Shown here: positions 13,511 to 26,764 of the stretch, piece after piece | Layout of the letters: each line of letters opens with the position of its first letter | Numbering within the stretch: the stretch's first letter is position 1 | Source of the DNA: Raja brachyura | Taxonomy: Eukaryota | DNA length: 64,000 nucleotides | Assembly (NCBI GenBank): GCA_963514005.1 | Contig: OY740826.1 | Location: 2,666,001-2,730,000, forward strand | Direction of reading: 5' to 3' | Notes under the pieces: generated by a model | What the model was told of the DNA's origin: nothing | The model's input: the letters and a program-made list of their open reading frames with translations, nothing else | The model's database searches: none | Position numbers and translations under genes: made by a program

Positions 13511-13900
13511 GCGCTCAATCGCCCGCGCGCCCCTCACCTGACGATATATTTATAGCCCAACGGCGCCTCACGTGAGCGGAGCGGCTCCAACCAGAGCGCG
13601 GGTCACTTGGGCAGCTCGAGCCCTCGGCGGGAAAAGGCGCCAAAAGTCGTCGCGTGTCTCCCGCCATCCTCGCTTTCCCGCCATCCTCGCGGGTGGAGTG
13701 CGTAGCCCTCCATGGAGTTGCTTTTACAGTGCAGCAGCTGCTGCTGTTGCAGTGTGGTGAAGCTTCTCCAGTTTAGCAACTCCTGCAGTGGAGCATCTCC
13801 TGCAGCAGCAGGGAAAGTTCAAGCCTCCACCATCTCCTCGGGCAGCGTGCCCCGGATTGCAACCACCCTCTGGGTGAGTTTAATCTCATACACGTTCGTT
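13500..13900. promoter_or_regulatory. CpG island, probable bidirectional promoter with non-coding first exons
   Basis: CpG-dense unique sequence. Minus-strand donor CAG|GTGAGG (exon end 13538) and plus-strand donor TGG|GTGAGT (13874). E-box TCACGTGA at 13568-13575; E2F-type GGCGGGAAA (13626), GGCGCCAAA (13636) and TTTCCCGCC (13674). Confidence 0.65.
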
Positions 13901-14015
13901 TTATTGTTCTGTTATTGAGTATAGTCTGGTCTGCAGTTCCTTGTACCATCATTTTATTTTAATTCTTGACTCCAAATGCTACGTTTCCTCATCTGTTCTT
14001 GCCCCATCAGTGATG

Positions 14016-16107
14016 TAGCAATGTTACAAAATGTTGAGATTTTAAAAATCAAGTCTGCAATTTATCCCATCCGATAAAGCATACAAAGAAGTTTAATTTG
14101 ACACCTAATGCACTTTCAAATCTTCAGTGTTAAAACATTTATGGCCATTTTCATACTCCGAAATTAACATCTTGTTCCCCATTGCCTTTCCATTGACTTA
14201 ACACAATAAGGTTCTGATCGACGACAGTCAAAAGCCCATAACTTTCTTAAAAATTAAGAGAACTGAAATACATTTTCGGTTATTATAGATTGAAGCATTC
14301 TGAAACTAATATGAAACAATCTTACTTGGATGACCTGAAATTAAAGCATATAATTAGTTAGTTACCCAATTGTAGCTAATTACAAAATTCAATTACTAGC
14401 AATGTTACAACATTTTGAGATTTTAAAAATCAAGTCTGCAATTTATCCCTTCAGATAAAGCATAAAAGGAAGTTTAATTTGACACCTAATTTACTTTCAT
14501 AGCTTCAGTATTAAGAAAGTTATGGCCATTTTCATACTCGGAAATGAGCATCTTGCTTCCCATTGCCTTTCAATTGACTTAACTCAAAAGCTGTGATCTG
14601 GAAAAGTTAAAAATCCATAACATTCTTAAAAATTAAGAGAACTCAATGAAATTTTCAGTTATTATAGATTGAAGCATTCTGAAACAAATATTAAACAATC
14701 TTACTTGGATTACCTGAAATTAAAGCATATAATTAGTTAGTTATCTAATTGTAGCTAATTACAAAATTCAATGAGTAGATCTAAACATCTATCAATTTCT
14801 TAAGAAAAGATAAACTTTTTTTAAATTGCCTAAGTGTCCAAATAACATTCACACAATAATCCACAATATAACATGATTTTTAAATCTAATTTTCATGAAT
14901 TTCTGGGCCAAATGGAAGGAATTTAGTGTTTGATTCCTGTAAATTAATGGCCATTTAAATCAACTTGCGAGTGGGTTTTAGTGGAATGCGGTGGATTAGA
15001 ACATTGCGGTTAGCGGTGAAGTCGGGGGGAAAAATACTGGGGGTTCATACATTTTTTGGGGACCCCATTTCGCAACATTAAAATATTATTAATGCCTCCC
15101 GAAAAACCAACTTTTGATATAAAAATAAACTATTTACCTTTTTTTCTCCCCTACGGAAAATGCTTCCGGTTGTCTGCGCTCACGGCTTTTGAAGGTGATT
15201 TTTAAATTACTCTAGTTAATAAATAATCTAGAGTAATTTAAAAATACCACCATTCATGAAATGTCGGAGCGATTTTTCTTCAGCAACCAAATCGCCCGAC
15301 ATTCATCGATTTGTCCTGCCTGTTGAAAAACGGCACTTTAAGCCCGCCCCCCTCTGCAAGGCGCGAATGTCGCGCACACGGGGAGCGGCAGAAGTGCAGC
15401 GCCGCTAAAGATAAGTTTTGTAACATACCTACAATTACTAGATCTAAACATCTATCCATTTCTTAAGAAAATATTAACATTTTTGTTAAAGCCTAAGTGT
15501 CCAAATACCATTCACACATGAATTGACAATATAACATGATTTTAAAATCTAATTGTCATTAATTTATAAGCCAAATTGAAGGAATTTTGTGTTTAATGCC
15601 TGTAAATTAATGGGCTTTTTAAACAGCTTGCGAGTGGGATTTTCTGGAATGCAATGGATTGGAATGTTGTGGTTGCGGTGAATTTAAACCCTATATAGGC
15701 ATGTTCATATGAGGACTAAATCACTGTTTCGCAACATGAAATATTGATTAAAGTCCCCTAAACAAGCAAATGTATATGTAAAAATAAACAGCTTTCACTT
15801 ACCTGTCCCCTACGTAAAATCGGTCCCCGTTGTCGGCTTTCACGGCATTAACAGATAATTTTTATTTTACTGCAGCGCAGAAATAGTCGGGCGATTAAAA
15901 AAAAAAAAATAAATAATCATAATAATAACTTACCGGCGGTCGGAACGCATCTCCAGAAATAGATCGTACTCCGACAAAATATTATTCCGGATGGCAAGGG
16001 GAAAGCCGTATTTTAACCCCGCCCCCATCCTTAAAGGCGCCAAAGACGCGCACACGGCCAGCGGCAGAACTGCAGCACCGCTAAAGGTAAGTTTTGTAAC
16101 ATACCTA
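14016..16107. mobile_element. TAG...CTA DNA transposon, copy D (hosts copy E)
   Basis: TIRs TAGCAATGTTACAAAA / TTTTGTAACATACCTA; 7-bp TSD AGTGATG / ATTGATG. Confidence 0.88.
14397..15431. mobile_element. TAG...CTA DNA transposon, copy E (1035 bp, nested in D, same subfamily as C)
   Basis: Perfect 7-bp TSD CAATTAC at 14390-14396 and 15432-15438. Confidence 0.92.
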
Positions 16108-18067
16108 ATTGATGTCCCCTTTGTTCCAGCAATCCACCCCAACCCCTCTCTACAACTTGTTTTTGTTCTTTTCTATTCTGGTGAAGGGTCTCTGATCCAA
16201 AACGGAACTGTTTCTTTCTCCAGAACTGCTGTCTAAACTGCTGAATTATTTTAAATGTCTTCTATTTTTATTTCAGATTTTTAGCATCTGCGATTCTTTA
16301 CTTTACACTTTCAGTTTTTTGTTGTGACCTGCCAACAACGGATCAAAGGAAATCTGATACGTGATGTTGTAATCTACTGGGATTCAAGTAATTAGTAAGT
16401 GTTTCAATGGGAAGGTTCTACCTAGCCGGGATGGGGCTCCATTTTAGTTTTGTTTAGAGATTAGAGATACAGCGCAGAAACAGGCCCTTCGTCCCACCGA
16501 GCCCACGCTGATCACTGATCCCCGCTCGCTAACACCATCCTACACACACTCAGGACAATTTACACTTATACCAAACCGATTATTCCTCAAATCTTTACGT
16601 CTTTGGACTGTGGGTGGAAACTGAAGACCTTGACGAAAATCCACGCAGGTGATAAGTGATTGGAGCAGAATTAGGCCATTCGGCCCATCAAGTCTACTCC
16701 GCCATTCAATCATGACTGATTGCTCCCTCCCAACCCCATTCTCCTGCTTTCTCCCCATAACCCCAAAATGTCTATTGGCTTGGCCTGCATAGCCTTCTGT
16801 GGCAAATAATTCCACAGAATCACCACCCTCCGAGCTGAAACATCACCATTACTTCTCTCCATTAATGTCTATCTTCGGGAAGAATACTGATTTATCTAAC
16901 TTCATGTAACCCTTTCATCCCCTCTCTCCCTCTCTTCCCTACCTATGTCATTGTACTACTTTCAAAGTCGTCTTGTTGTGTCTCATTGTCTGTAACTCGT
17001 TTTCACCAAGCTCTCAGCTAACAATGACCTATTTCCTTTATCATTGTTACATTTGTTTACATTTCTTTCATTCATTTGTTCCATATCTCACTATACATTC
17101 AATTTCCCTCCTGGGATAAATAAAGTTCTATCGTATCTCGTATCATACAACCATCTATATCTCTCGTTGCCCCTTCCCTGACTCGACCCGAAACATCACC
17201 TGTTCCTTTTCTCCAGAGATGCTGTGTGACCCTCTGAGTTACTCCAGCTTTTTGTGTCTATCTTCGGTTTAAACCAGCATCTGCAGTTCCTTCCTACATA
17301 TAACATGTGTTAATTAGGTATACGGTGAGATTGTGTTGAAACTGTGATGTTTAAAACTTGCAGACTGTGGAAGTCAGAGCACCAGTTGTGACTGTGAGGC
17401 GTGGTGTTGTGTTGGAAGCACACAGATGGCCTGGGACAGAACACTTGCATTAGATGCATCAAGAAGTTGCTATGGAGAAGGTGCAGGACATTCCCCCCCG
17501 GTTACAGCAGGGTTCCCTTCCTGGGAACCGTTCCCAAGCGGAACATGCGGCCGTGAATAGAGTTCCCATACGGCAGAAGATGCCTGTCGCCCTGCAGCCG
17601 CCGGTAAATCCATCCCACATCTCCCAGACACTGGCTCATGTGTACGGGCTGTAATTTAATGTGTCTGTAAGCTGGGGACGAGCCACACCTCAAACAAGTC
17701 AAATCGGGGCTGGACAACGGTTCATTTTTCACGGTCATGTAGAAACAGACCCTTCGGCCCAACCTGTCCATGCTGATCAAGATGCCTCCTCTAAGCTGAT
17801 CCTATTTGCCCACGTTTCACCCATAGCCCTCTGACCTTTCTTACCCATGTACAAATGTCTTCGGAAAAATGTATTTTCAGATCAATGACCTTCATCAGAA
17901 CTGGATGCAGTCACATGATGTGGCCAGTTCTGATACAAACTGGAAAGGCTGGTTATCTGAAATTGCCCGTATTAATGACGACCTCAAGGATTGCACCACA
18001 CGCTGAAGTGGTGCTGTTCCGCAAGATTTTGTCGGCTTCGTTGGAACAATGAGAATGGTTTAATCTG

Positions 18068-18375
18068 GGGCGACACGGTGGCGCAGCGGTAGAGTTGCTG
18101 CCTTGCAGCGCCAGAGACCCAGTTCGAACCTGACTACGGATTCTATCTGTTCGGAGCTTGTACGTCCTCGCCGTGACCTGCATGGATTTTCTCCAAGATT
18201 TTTGGTTTCCTCCCACACACCAAAGACGTACAGGTTTGTAGCTTAAATGGCTTGGTATAACTAAATTCTCCCTGGTGTGTGTAGGATAGTGTTAATGTGT
18301 GGGAATCGTTGGTCACAGTGGACTCGGTGGGCCGACGGCCTGTTTCCGCACTGTACCTGTAAACTAAACTAAACA
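18068..18375 (+). mobile_element. tRNA-derived SINE
   Basis: GGTGGCGCAGCGGTAGAG..GTTCGAACC A and B boxes; (CTAAA)n tail. Confidence 0.85.
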
Positions 18376-18428
18376 ATGCGGGTGAACTGATATTATGATA
18401 TGCAATAGCCTGGAAAATCTGCAATTCA

Positions 18429-18865
<437 letters not shown>

Positions 18866-19029
18866 CTGATTAGCAGCAACAAAAAAGAGGTTGATTTGTC
18901 AATCGTAGTTGATGAACTGAGTGCGACAACCAGTCTGCATCACAACAGGACCGATCCCGCACAGTCAGAATATCCCAGTGGGAGCAGTTTAGGCCAGTCA
19001 GAAAATGCAGTCTGTATCTGTATCTATAT

Positions 19030-20285
19030 CTTGACGTATAATCACCACCTGTTTTGTTTTGTGGATCCCAGACCAGGAGCAATACTGAAGTTTGGGTCTT
19101 ATCAGAGTCTTGCAGGCTATACACTTGGTTCTGTTCTTGCAACAATAAATATTTTTCTCCTGCAATCCCAGCATTCTGTTAGCCTTGGTGATTCTTTGGT
19201 TGATGTGCATAGACCATTTAAAATCACTGCTAAGTTCCACTCACATGTAGGGATGATGTTTCACCTGTTCCTGGGTGGAGTGCCCAATCTTGTACTTCAT
19301 GGTAACCGGTTTCCTCCTGTGGGTGACTCTCATACTGAAGCACTTGGAAGAATTGAAAGACATATGCCAATCTCCTTACCATTTGAGTAAAGCATCAAGG
19401 TCTTGTTGGAATCACTCCGAATCTTCAACGGATTGCATTCTATTAAAGGGAACACAGTAATCCGCAAAGAGTCTAACCTTTGAGTGGACCTTTGAAGGCA
19501 GATCATTGATATATGCCAAAAATAGTAGGGTCCCAGGACTCTGCTCTGGGGAATCCCCGATGAAACTTTAGCACTGTTGGAAGAAACACCCTCCATCACA
19601 ACCGGTTTGGAAGGAAAGAATCAATCCGTTTCAATGCGTTGTTTCTAATTCCCATGTGGGGAAGTTTCATCAAAAGACGTCGGTGGGGCACGGAATCGAA
19701 TGCCTTACTGACGTCCATGATGATCAGGTACGCCTGGCCTTTATCATCCATTTTGAGTACAGGCTCCTCTTTTTACAAATGTTTCTCTTGATGGAATTAT
19801 TTATCCAGGGTAATTTCCATCTCAAGGAAGTCATTTTGGAGGGTATAAATTTGTCCATAGCATTCTGAAAAACCCGTTTAAATTCAGTCACCAGCTCATT
19901 AACAGTCTTTGACTCAATGTAGTCAGAAGTCAACTTCCCACCGAAGTTCCTGAACCTGTCCCCGATGTCTTCAAACTTGGCTTTCTTGCAGAGAAAAATC
20001 TTGCGCAAGGCTGGCCAGACTAACTTAGGTTCCACTGATACGTTCACAATCACTGCCTCGTGGTCGCTGATACCAGGAATTCTGATGGTGAGCTGATACT
20101 CACTCTGATGGTGAGTTTGTGAAACACACATCAAGGATGTTAGGTCTAGTCAGTTCCTTCAAGTGCAATTTCCAACATTGCTTTACTAGTTCCAGCAGAA
20201 GATCCACCTTGATTAACTTGAAAATTTCCCAGTCCACGTCAGGAAGATTGAAATCTCCCAAGAGTCACACTGAAGCTTGAGGTGT
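19030..20285 (-). mobile_element. Degenerate CR1/L2-group LINE fragment
   Basis: GISDHEAV (endonuclease end), SGIPQSRVLGP and LIRPKLQY motifs with many frameshifts. Confidence 0.75.
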
Positions 20286-21004
20286 GGTTATGACGTTGTT
20301 GACATAAAAGATAAATGGAACAAGCTCACCAGCATGTCTTCAGTGATCTTCAAAGGTGAATCAAAAAAGGAGTGACACGCCCAGTGATCCATATCCAAAA
20401 TGGTGGACGGTTGAGTTGTGTTGCTGACGAGATGTCTAAAGGCATAAAAATCTTCTTTAGAGGCACATATTTCAAAACGGCCAATGTAAGGTGTAGATTC
20501 CCCATGGTTGATTGATGTCCAGGCCAAAGTACAGCGAATAAAAATTCCATTTACTTCATAGAAAAGTTAAAGCTCACCAATTTACACACCAGAAAATACA
20601 GTGGCTGAAATCAAAATGGCTGACGGTGAAAGTCACAACTCTACTGCGCACTGTCGAAAAATAACTCTAAGAAAAGTTAAAAGCATAGGCTTGAAGCGAT
20701 AAAATATCAATTTGTAAACTCAGGAAACATGGATGGCAAAAGATAATTGCTAAAGATTTGGATTAAAAATTTTCTCGCCACCTCTTTAGTACTGGTCGTT
20801 GGTACTTTAATCCCAAGTCTCATAGAAAATAGGTGCAGGTGGAGGCCATGTGACCCTTCAAGCCAGCACCGCCATTCATTGTGATCATGGCTGATCGTCC
20901 CCCTTCAATAACCCATGCCTGCCTTCTCCCCATATCCCTTGATTCCACTAGCCCCTAGAGCTCTAACTCTCTCTTAAATCCATCCAGTGATTTGGCCTCC
21001 ACTT

Positions 21005-21295
21005 TTTCGAAGAAAGGATAAAGTTTCTCCGTAAATATATTCCCAGTGAAGGTGTGGAGTTGGGACTTGGTGTCCGCATCGTAAAATTAAACTGTCTCGG
21101 ACCTGTAACTGTGATAAACTCCCACCCTCCCGGGGATGGGACGGGCGGGGAGAAAGGGATGGAGGAGAGGTGAGTGCATCAAACTCGTCACCCTGCCGCC
21201 TGATGCTCCAGACTCCATCTCCGAGGTCAGTGTGACTCCTCTTCCTCTCCACAGACACTGCAGCGACTCCCAGACTCCAGTACTGACTTCCTGAC
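21005..21295 (-). pseudogene. TRIM-type B30.2/SPRY domain fragment
   Basis: WSLGVAAVSVERK...GVWSI...EFDALTSPPS, then after frameshifts FYDADTKSQLHTFTGNIFTEKLYPF. Confidence 0.8.
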
Positions 21296-21489
21296 AGTCT
21301 AAAGAGGGTGGGACATGCGGCTATGATACCTGTCCCTGGTCCCCAATTCACACAGGGAGTGGGAAACCATGGACCCATCCCTTATACGCCAGACTTCTCC
21401 ACGCAAAGTATCATTATAAAGAGGGAAATACAGCAAGTGCCAATATTAATACTGTTTGAAAACAAATAATTACTCAAAGTAATTCAAAG

Positions 21490-22489
<1,000 letters not shown>

Positions 22490-22490
22490 T

Positions 22491-23921
22491 TAGGCATGTG
22501 CCGTGAGTAATAGATCAGGGTAGGATGTCAGTCGGCTTTTTAAAAAAAACTTAAACCGCCCATGCGCAGATTGTTCTCTCCGTAAAAATATTAAATTAAA
22601 TAAAGACAGTAACAATTCAATTTGCCCCAGGCTGCCAAGTCTCCTTTATTCTGAATTACTGAATGGGTGGGGGGTGAAGAGTGATGGCAGGTGGAGAGAT
22701 GGTGGGAAAAAACGGGAGCACAGGGTAAAGTTGAATCAGTTGTCATCTTATTGAATGACAACACTTGGTCAAAGGACCAATTGGGGGACAGTTCCTTTCA
22801 CAGCGTGTGGAGAGTCTGTGCCAGGGATAAAGTTGCGGGGAGGGCAGGAGTGTTGAGAAGGAGGGGGTCTGGGATAATGCCAGTAACTCACTCACCGCTG
22901 CTGCAGCGCTCCGGACGTGGAGCCACCGCATTGTAGCTGGGGATAGAATCACCTCAGGTGGCTGCGAGCGGCTGCCAGGACCCGACAGCAAAACCGGCCG
23001 CCACTTCAGCGCCTTCTGTCGGCTCGCTCATCTCTGGCAGTGCTTTCCGTCTGAACACCTCTCACCTGCCGCTCGCCGACTTCGCTCATGTCAGTCGCTT
23101 CCCGCAAATCCTTAAAGTCCCACAGCCGAGTAAACTCAAGCGTGCTATCGGTATTTAAGGTTTAGCGGGAAGCGACTGACATGAGTGAGGCCAGCGAGCG
23201 GCAGGAGAGAGGTTTTTAGATGGAGAGCTGCCAGAGATGAGCGGGGGCACGCAGAAGGCGCTGAAGTGGTGGCCGGTTCCGCTGTCCGGCCCGGCGGACA
23301 CTCACAGCCACCCGAGCTACTTCTCCCCCCCCCCCCCCCCCCCGCCTCAATGTGGTGGCATTGCACGCCTCCATGCAAGGAGTGTTGCAAGAGGCATGAT
23401 CCCGACCCCCTCCTTCACAAGACTCCTGACCTCCCCGCAACTTTACCCCGGGGCAGACTCCATAAACGCTGTGAAAGGAACTCTTTCGCCCCCCAACCCC
23501 GGGAAATACGGTATTTAAAAACATATAGCACTAAGAAATGTACTTACCACATTATTGGTGCACAAACTCCATTCTTCTCTCTTTGTTTCCTAAGATACTC
23601 TTTAGATAATGGTAATCCATATTTGAAAAACCCGCCAAGATACTAGCGCTGCGCATGCACAGGCAGAATTTCTGCTGCCTTCAGCTCCCCTTGAAATTGA
23701 CGGTTTGAAGCAGTGCTGACGGCGCATGGGCTGCACAAATCTTCGTGTCTTACAAGTGCTGAGGGTGAAAGGCACGGAGAATTATGCCTACCTAAGAGAT
23801 CGATCTCTTAGACAGGCATAATTCTCCCATGCCTTTACTATTTATATTTAGTAATTATCATTTTATAATTTTAGTCAGGGTCGGCAGTGCCTACCTTGCC
23901 TACCCTAATGGCACGTGCCTG
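22491..23921. mobile_element. Non-autonomous hAT-type element, copy 1, with a long internal palindrome
   Basis: Termini related to CAGGCACGTGCC; reverse-complement homologue of 34427-35941; no matching TSD. Confidence 0.85.
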
Positions 23922-24577
23922 GGGGGCAATGACTGTCGCGCTTCCAGTCCGGGGATCTTGCTGCGGGGAGGGAGCTTCACCATCACTGAGGTCAGGGAGG
24001 TGGGGGTGGGGGTGGGGGGGAGGGTGGGGCTTCTCCTGGTGGTGGATGTAATGTGCCCTGGCTCTCCGCTCCGGCTGACTAATGTGTACCGGAAGGCAGG
24101 CAGAGGGACGTGGAAGTTAAATGTGAAGCTGTTAACCCCAGAGTACATTGAGGAGCTAAAGAGGGACTATGCATGTTGGAGAATGGTGAGGCCCCTCTTT
24201 GACTCCCCGACACACTGGTGGGAAGCAACCCAGGAGAACATCAAGAGGTTCGTCATATTTAAAGGGGTTCACAGAGTAAGACTGGATTGTGTCAACTCCA
24301 GACAGATTTGTAGCAACTGCTCCTTCTGCAGTCGAGAGGGGGGAATGTGAGGGAGGGACCTAGAGAGTTGAAGGGCTGTAAAACTCTGCTCTTTACCTAC
24401 GAATCCTCCAAGATCATCTTCCGATGCAGGGTCCGCCACGTGGAGCAGGATGAGACATGCTCATGCTTCTGCTTCCATAAGGTTCACAGGGGGAGCGCTG
24501 TGATCAACAGCCTTAGGGAGGAGGACGGCTCGGTAACATCCTTGCAGACGGACATGCTGAGGATCTGCACATCCTTT

Positions 24578-25456
24578 TAGAAACATAGAAACATGGAAAA
24601 TAGGTGCAGGAGGAGGCCATTCGGCCCTTTGAGCCAGCACCGCCATTCATTGTGATCATGGCTGATCATCCCCTATCAATAACCCGTGCCTGCTTTCTCC
24701 CCATATCCCTTGACTCCACTAGCCACTTGCACTCTATCAAATAATCTATCTCTTCAATCCATCCAGTGACTTGGCCTCCAGTGCCCTCTGTGGCAGGGAA
24801 TTCCATGAATTCACAACTCTCAGGGTGAAAAAGTTTTTTCTCACCTCAGTCTTAAATGACCTCCCCTTTATTCTAAGAATGTGGCGCCTGGTTCTGGACT
24901 TGCCCAACATTGGGAACATTTTTCCTGCATCTAGCTTGTCCAGTCCTTTTATAATTTTTATATGTTTCCATAAGATCCCCCTCATCCTTCTAAAATCCAG
25001 TGAATACAAGCCTAGTCTTTTCAATCTTTCCTCGTATGACAGTCCCGCCATCCCAGGAATCAATCTCGTGAACCTACGCTGCACTGCCTTAATCACAAGG
25101 ATGTCCTTCCTCAAATTAAGAGACCAAAACTGTACACAATACTCCAGATGTGGTCTCACCAGAGTCCTATACAACTGCAGAAGAATCTCTTTACTCCTAT
25201 ACTGAAATCCTCTTGTTATGAAGGCCAACATTCCATTAGCTTTCTTCACTGCCTGCTGTACCTGCAAGTCAACTTTCAGTGACCGGTGTACAAGGATGCC
25301 CAGGTCTCAATGCACCTCCCCCTTACCTAACCCCATTGAGATAATAATCTGCCACCTTGTTTTTGCCGTCAAAGTGGGTAACCTCACATTTATCTATATT
25401 ATACTGCATCTGTCACGTATCTGCCCACTCACTCAACCTGTCCAGATCACCCTGCA
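24578..25456 (-). mobile_element. 5'-truncated CR1 LINE
   Basis: ORF 24746-25267 (LYRTLVRPHLEYCVQFW) and an (ATGTTTCT)n tail. Confidence 0.92.
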
Positions 25457-26764
25457 GGTTCTACGGATTTGTGCGACAGTAAGGCCACAGCCAGCACTGC
25501 CTCCCAGAACTTCCTGTCCTCTTTCACGGAGGTCTTGGAGGACTGAGTCTGAACCAACAACTAACCCTAACTGGTTCCATCCGTTCCGTTGACTCTGGTA
25601 AAACTCCCAGAAGCGATGGTTTACCGGCCGAGTTGTACTCGGCTCTGTGGGACTGGGTGGGCCTGGACCTGCTGGAAGTGTACAATGACATGCTTCTAAC
25701 CGGCAGCATGTCAGACTCTATGAGGAAGGGCAACATCACCCTAATCTACAGCAGAAAGGGGATATGAATGATTTAAGGAATTGGAGACCCATCACATTAT
25801 TGAATGTTGATTACAAGATCCTGGATAAGGCCATCGCCAACTGGGTCAAGTCTGCCCTGGGACGGGTGATCCACCCAAACGAAACCTGTGCTGTACCTGG
25901 CAGAAACATCGCAGACAGCCTGAGAGATACCATTGCCTACATGCAGGATAGACAGGTAGATGCCTGCCTAGTCAGCTTGGACCAGGAGAAGGCCTTCGAC
26001 AGGCCATTGCACACGTACATGAAACAACGTGCTCTCCAAAATGGGCGTTGGGGAGAGAATCAGGAATTGGATCCAACTGCTCTACACCGATATCTGTAGT
26101 GCAGTCCAAATCAATGGGTGGGAATCAGACAGGTTCCCCGTCAGGTCTGGAGTCAGGCAGGGTTGCCCTCTCTCCCGTCTTGTTCGTCTGTTGTATTAAA
26201 CCTTTTTTCGAGTCCATCAGGAAGGATGCGAGCATAAGAGGAGTGACATTGCCAGGCAGTGGGGGCACTCGGGTCAAAACCTCCCAGTACATGTATGATG
26301 TCGCCGTCTTCTGCTTGGATCCAGGGTTGGCCCGCAGATTGATTAGCATCTGCGACCAGTTTGCGTCGGCCATGGGAGCCAGGGTGAACCGCAGGAAGAG
26401 CGTGGCCTTACTCTTTGCAAACTGGCCTGACCGTTCTTCCGTCCCCTTCACCATCAAGCCTGAAGCTGCTGGGGATCTGGTTCGAGGGGGCTGAGGCGTG
26501 TGACAAGATTTTGCTGGAGCGGATAGCCAAGGTTGGGAAGAAACTGGAGCTGTGGAAGAAACGCTCCCTCTCTATAACGGGAAAGAACTTGGTCATCAGG
26601 TGTGAGGTGCTCTCGGGAGCTGCTGAACTGGCGCAAGTGTGGCCTGTTCCTCCCTCCTACGCCACAAGGATCACCCGGGCCGTCTTCCAGTTCATCCGGG
26701 GGTCGATGATGGACCGGGTGCGACGGGCCACAATACACAATTTGGTAGAAAAAGGGGGTAAAAG

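Noticed and set aside
17350-17740. Unique-looking sequence with short ORFs on both strands
   Set aside because: No recognisable domain or consistent exon boundaries.
20290-20790. Possible Kolobok-like end and short ORFs
   Set aside because: Only one candidate terminus; no partner TIR, TSD or protein motif.
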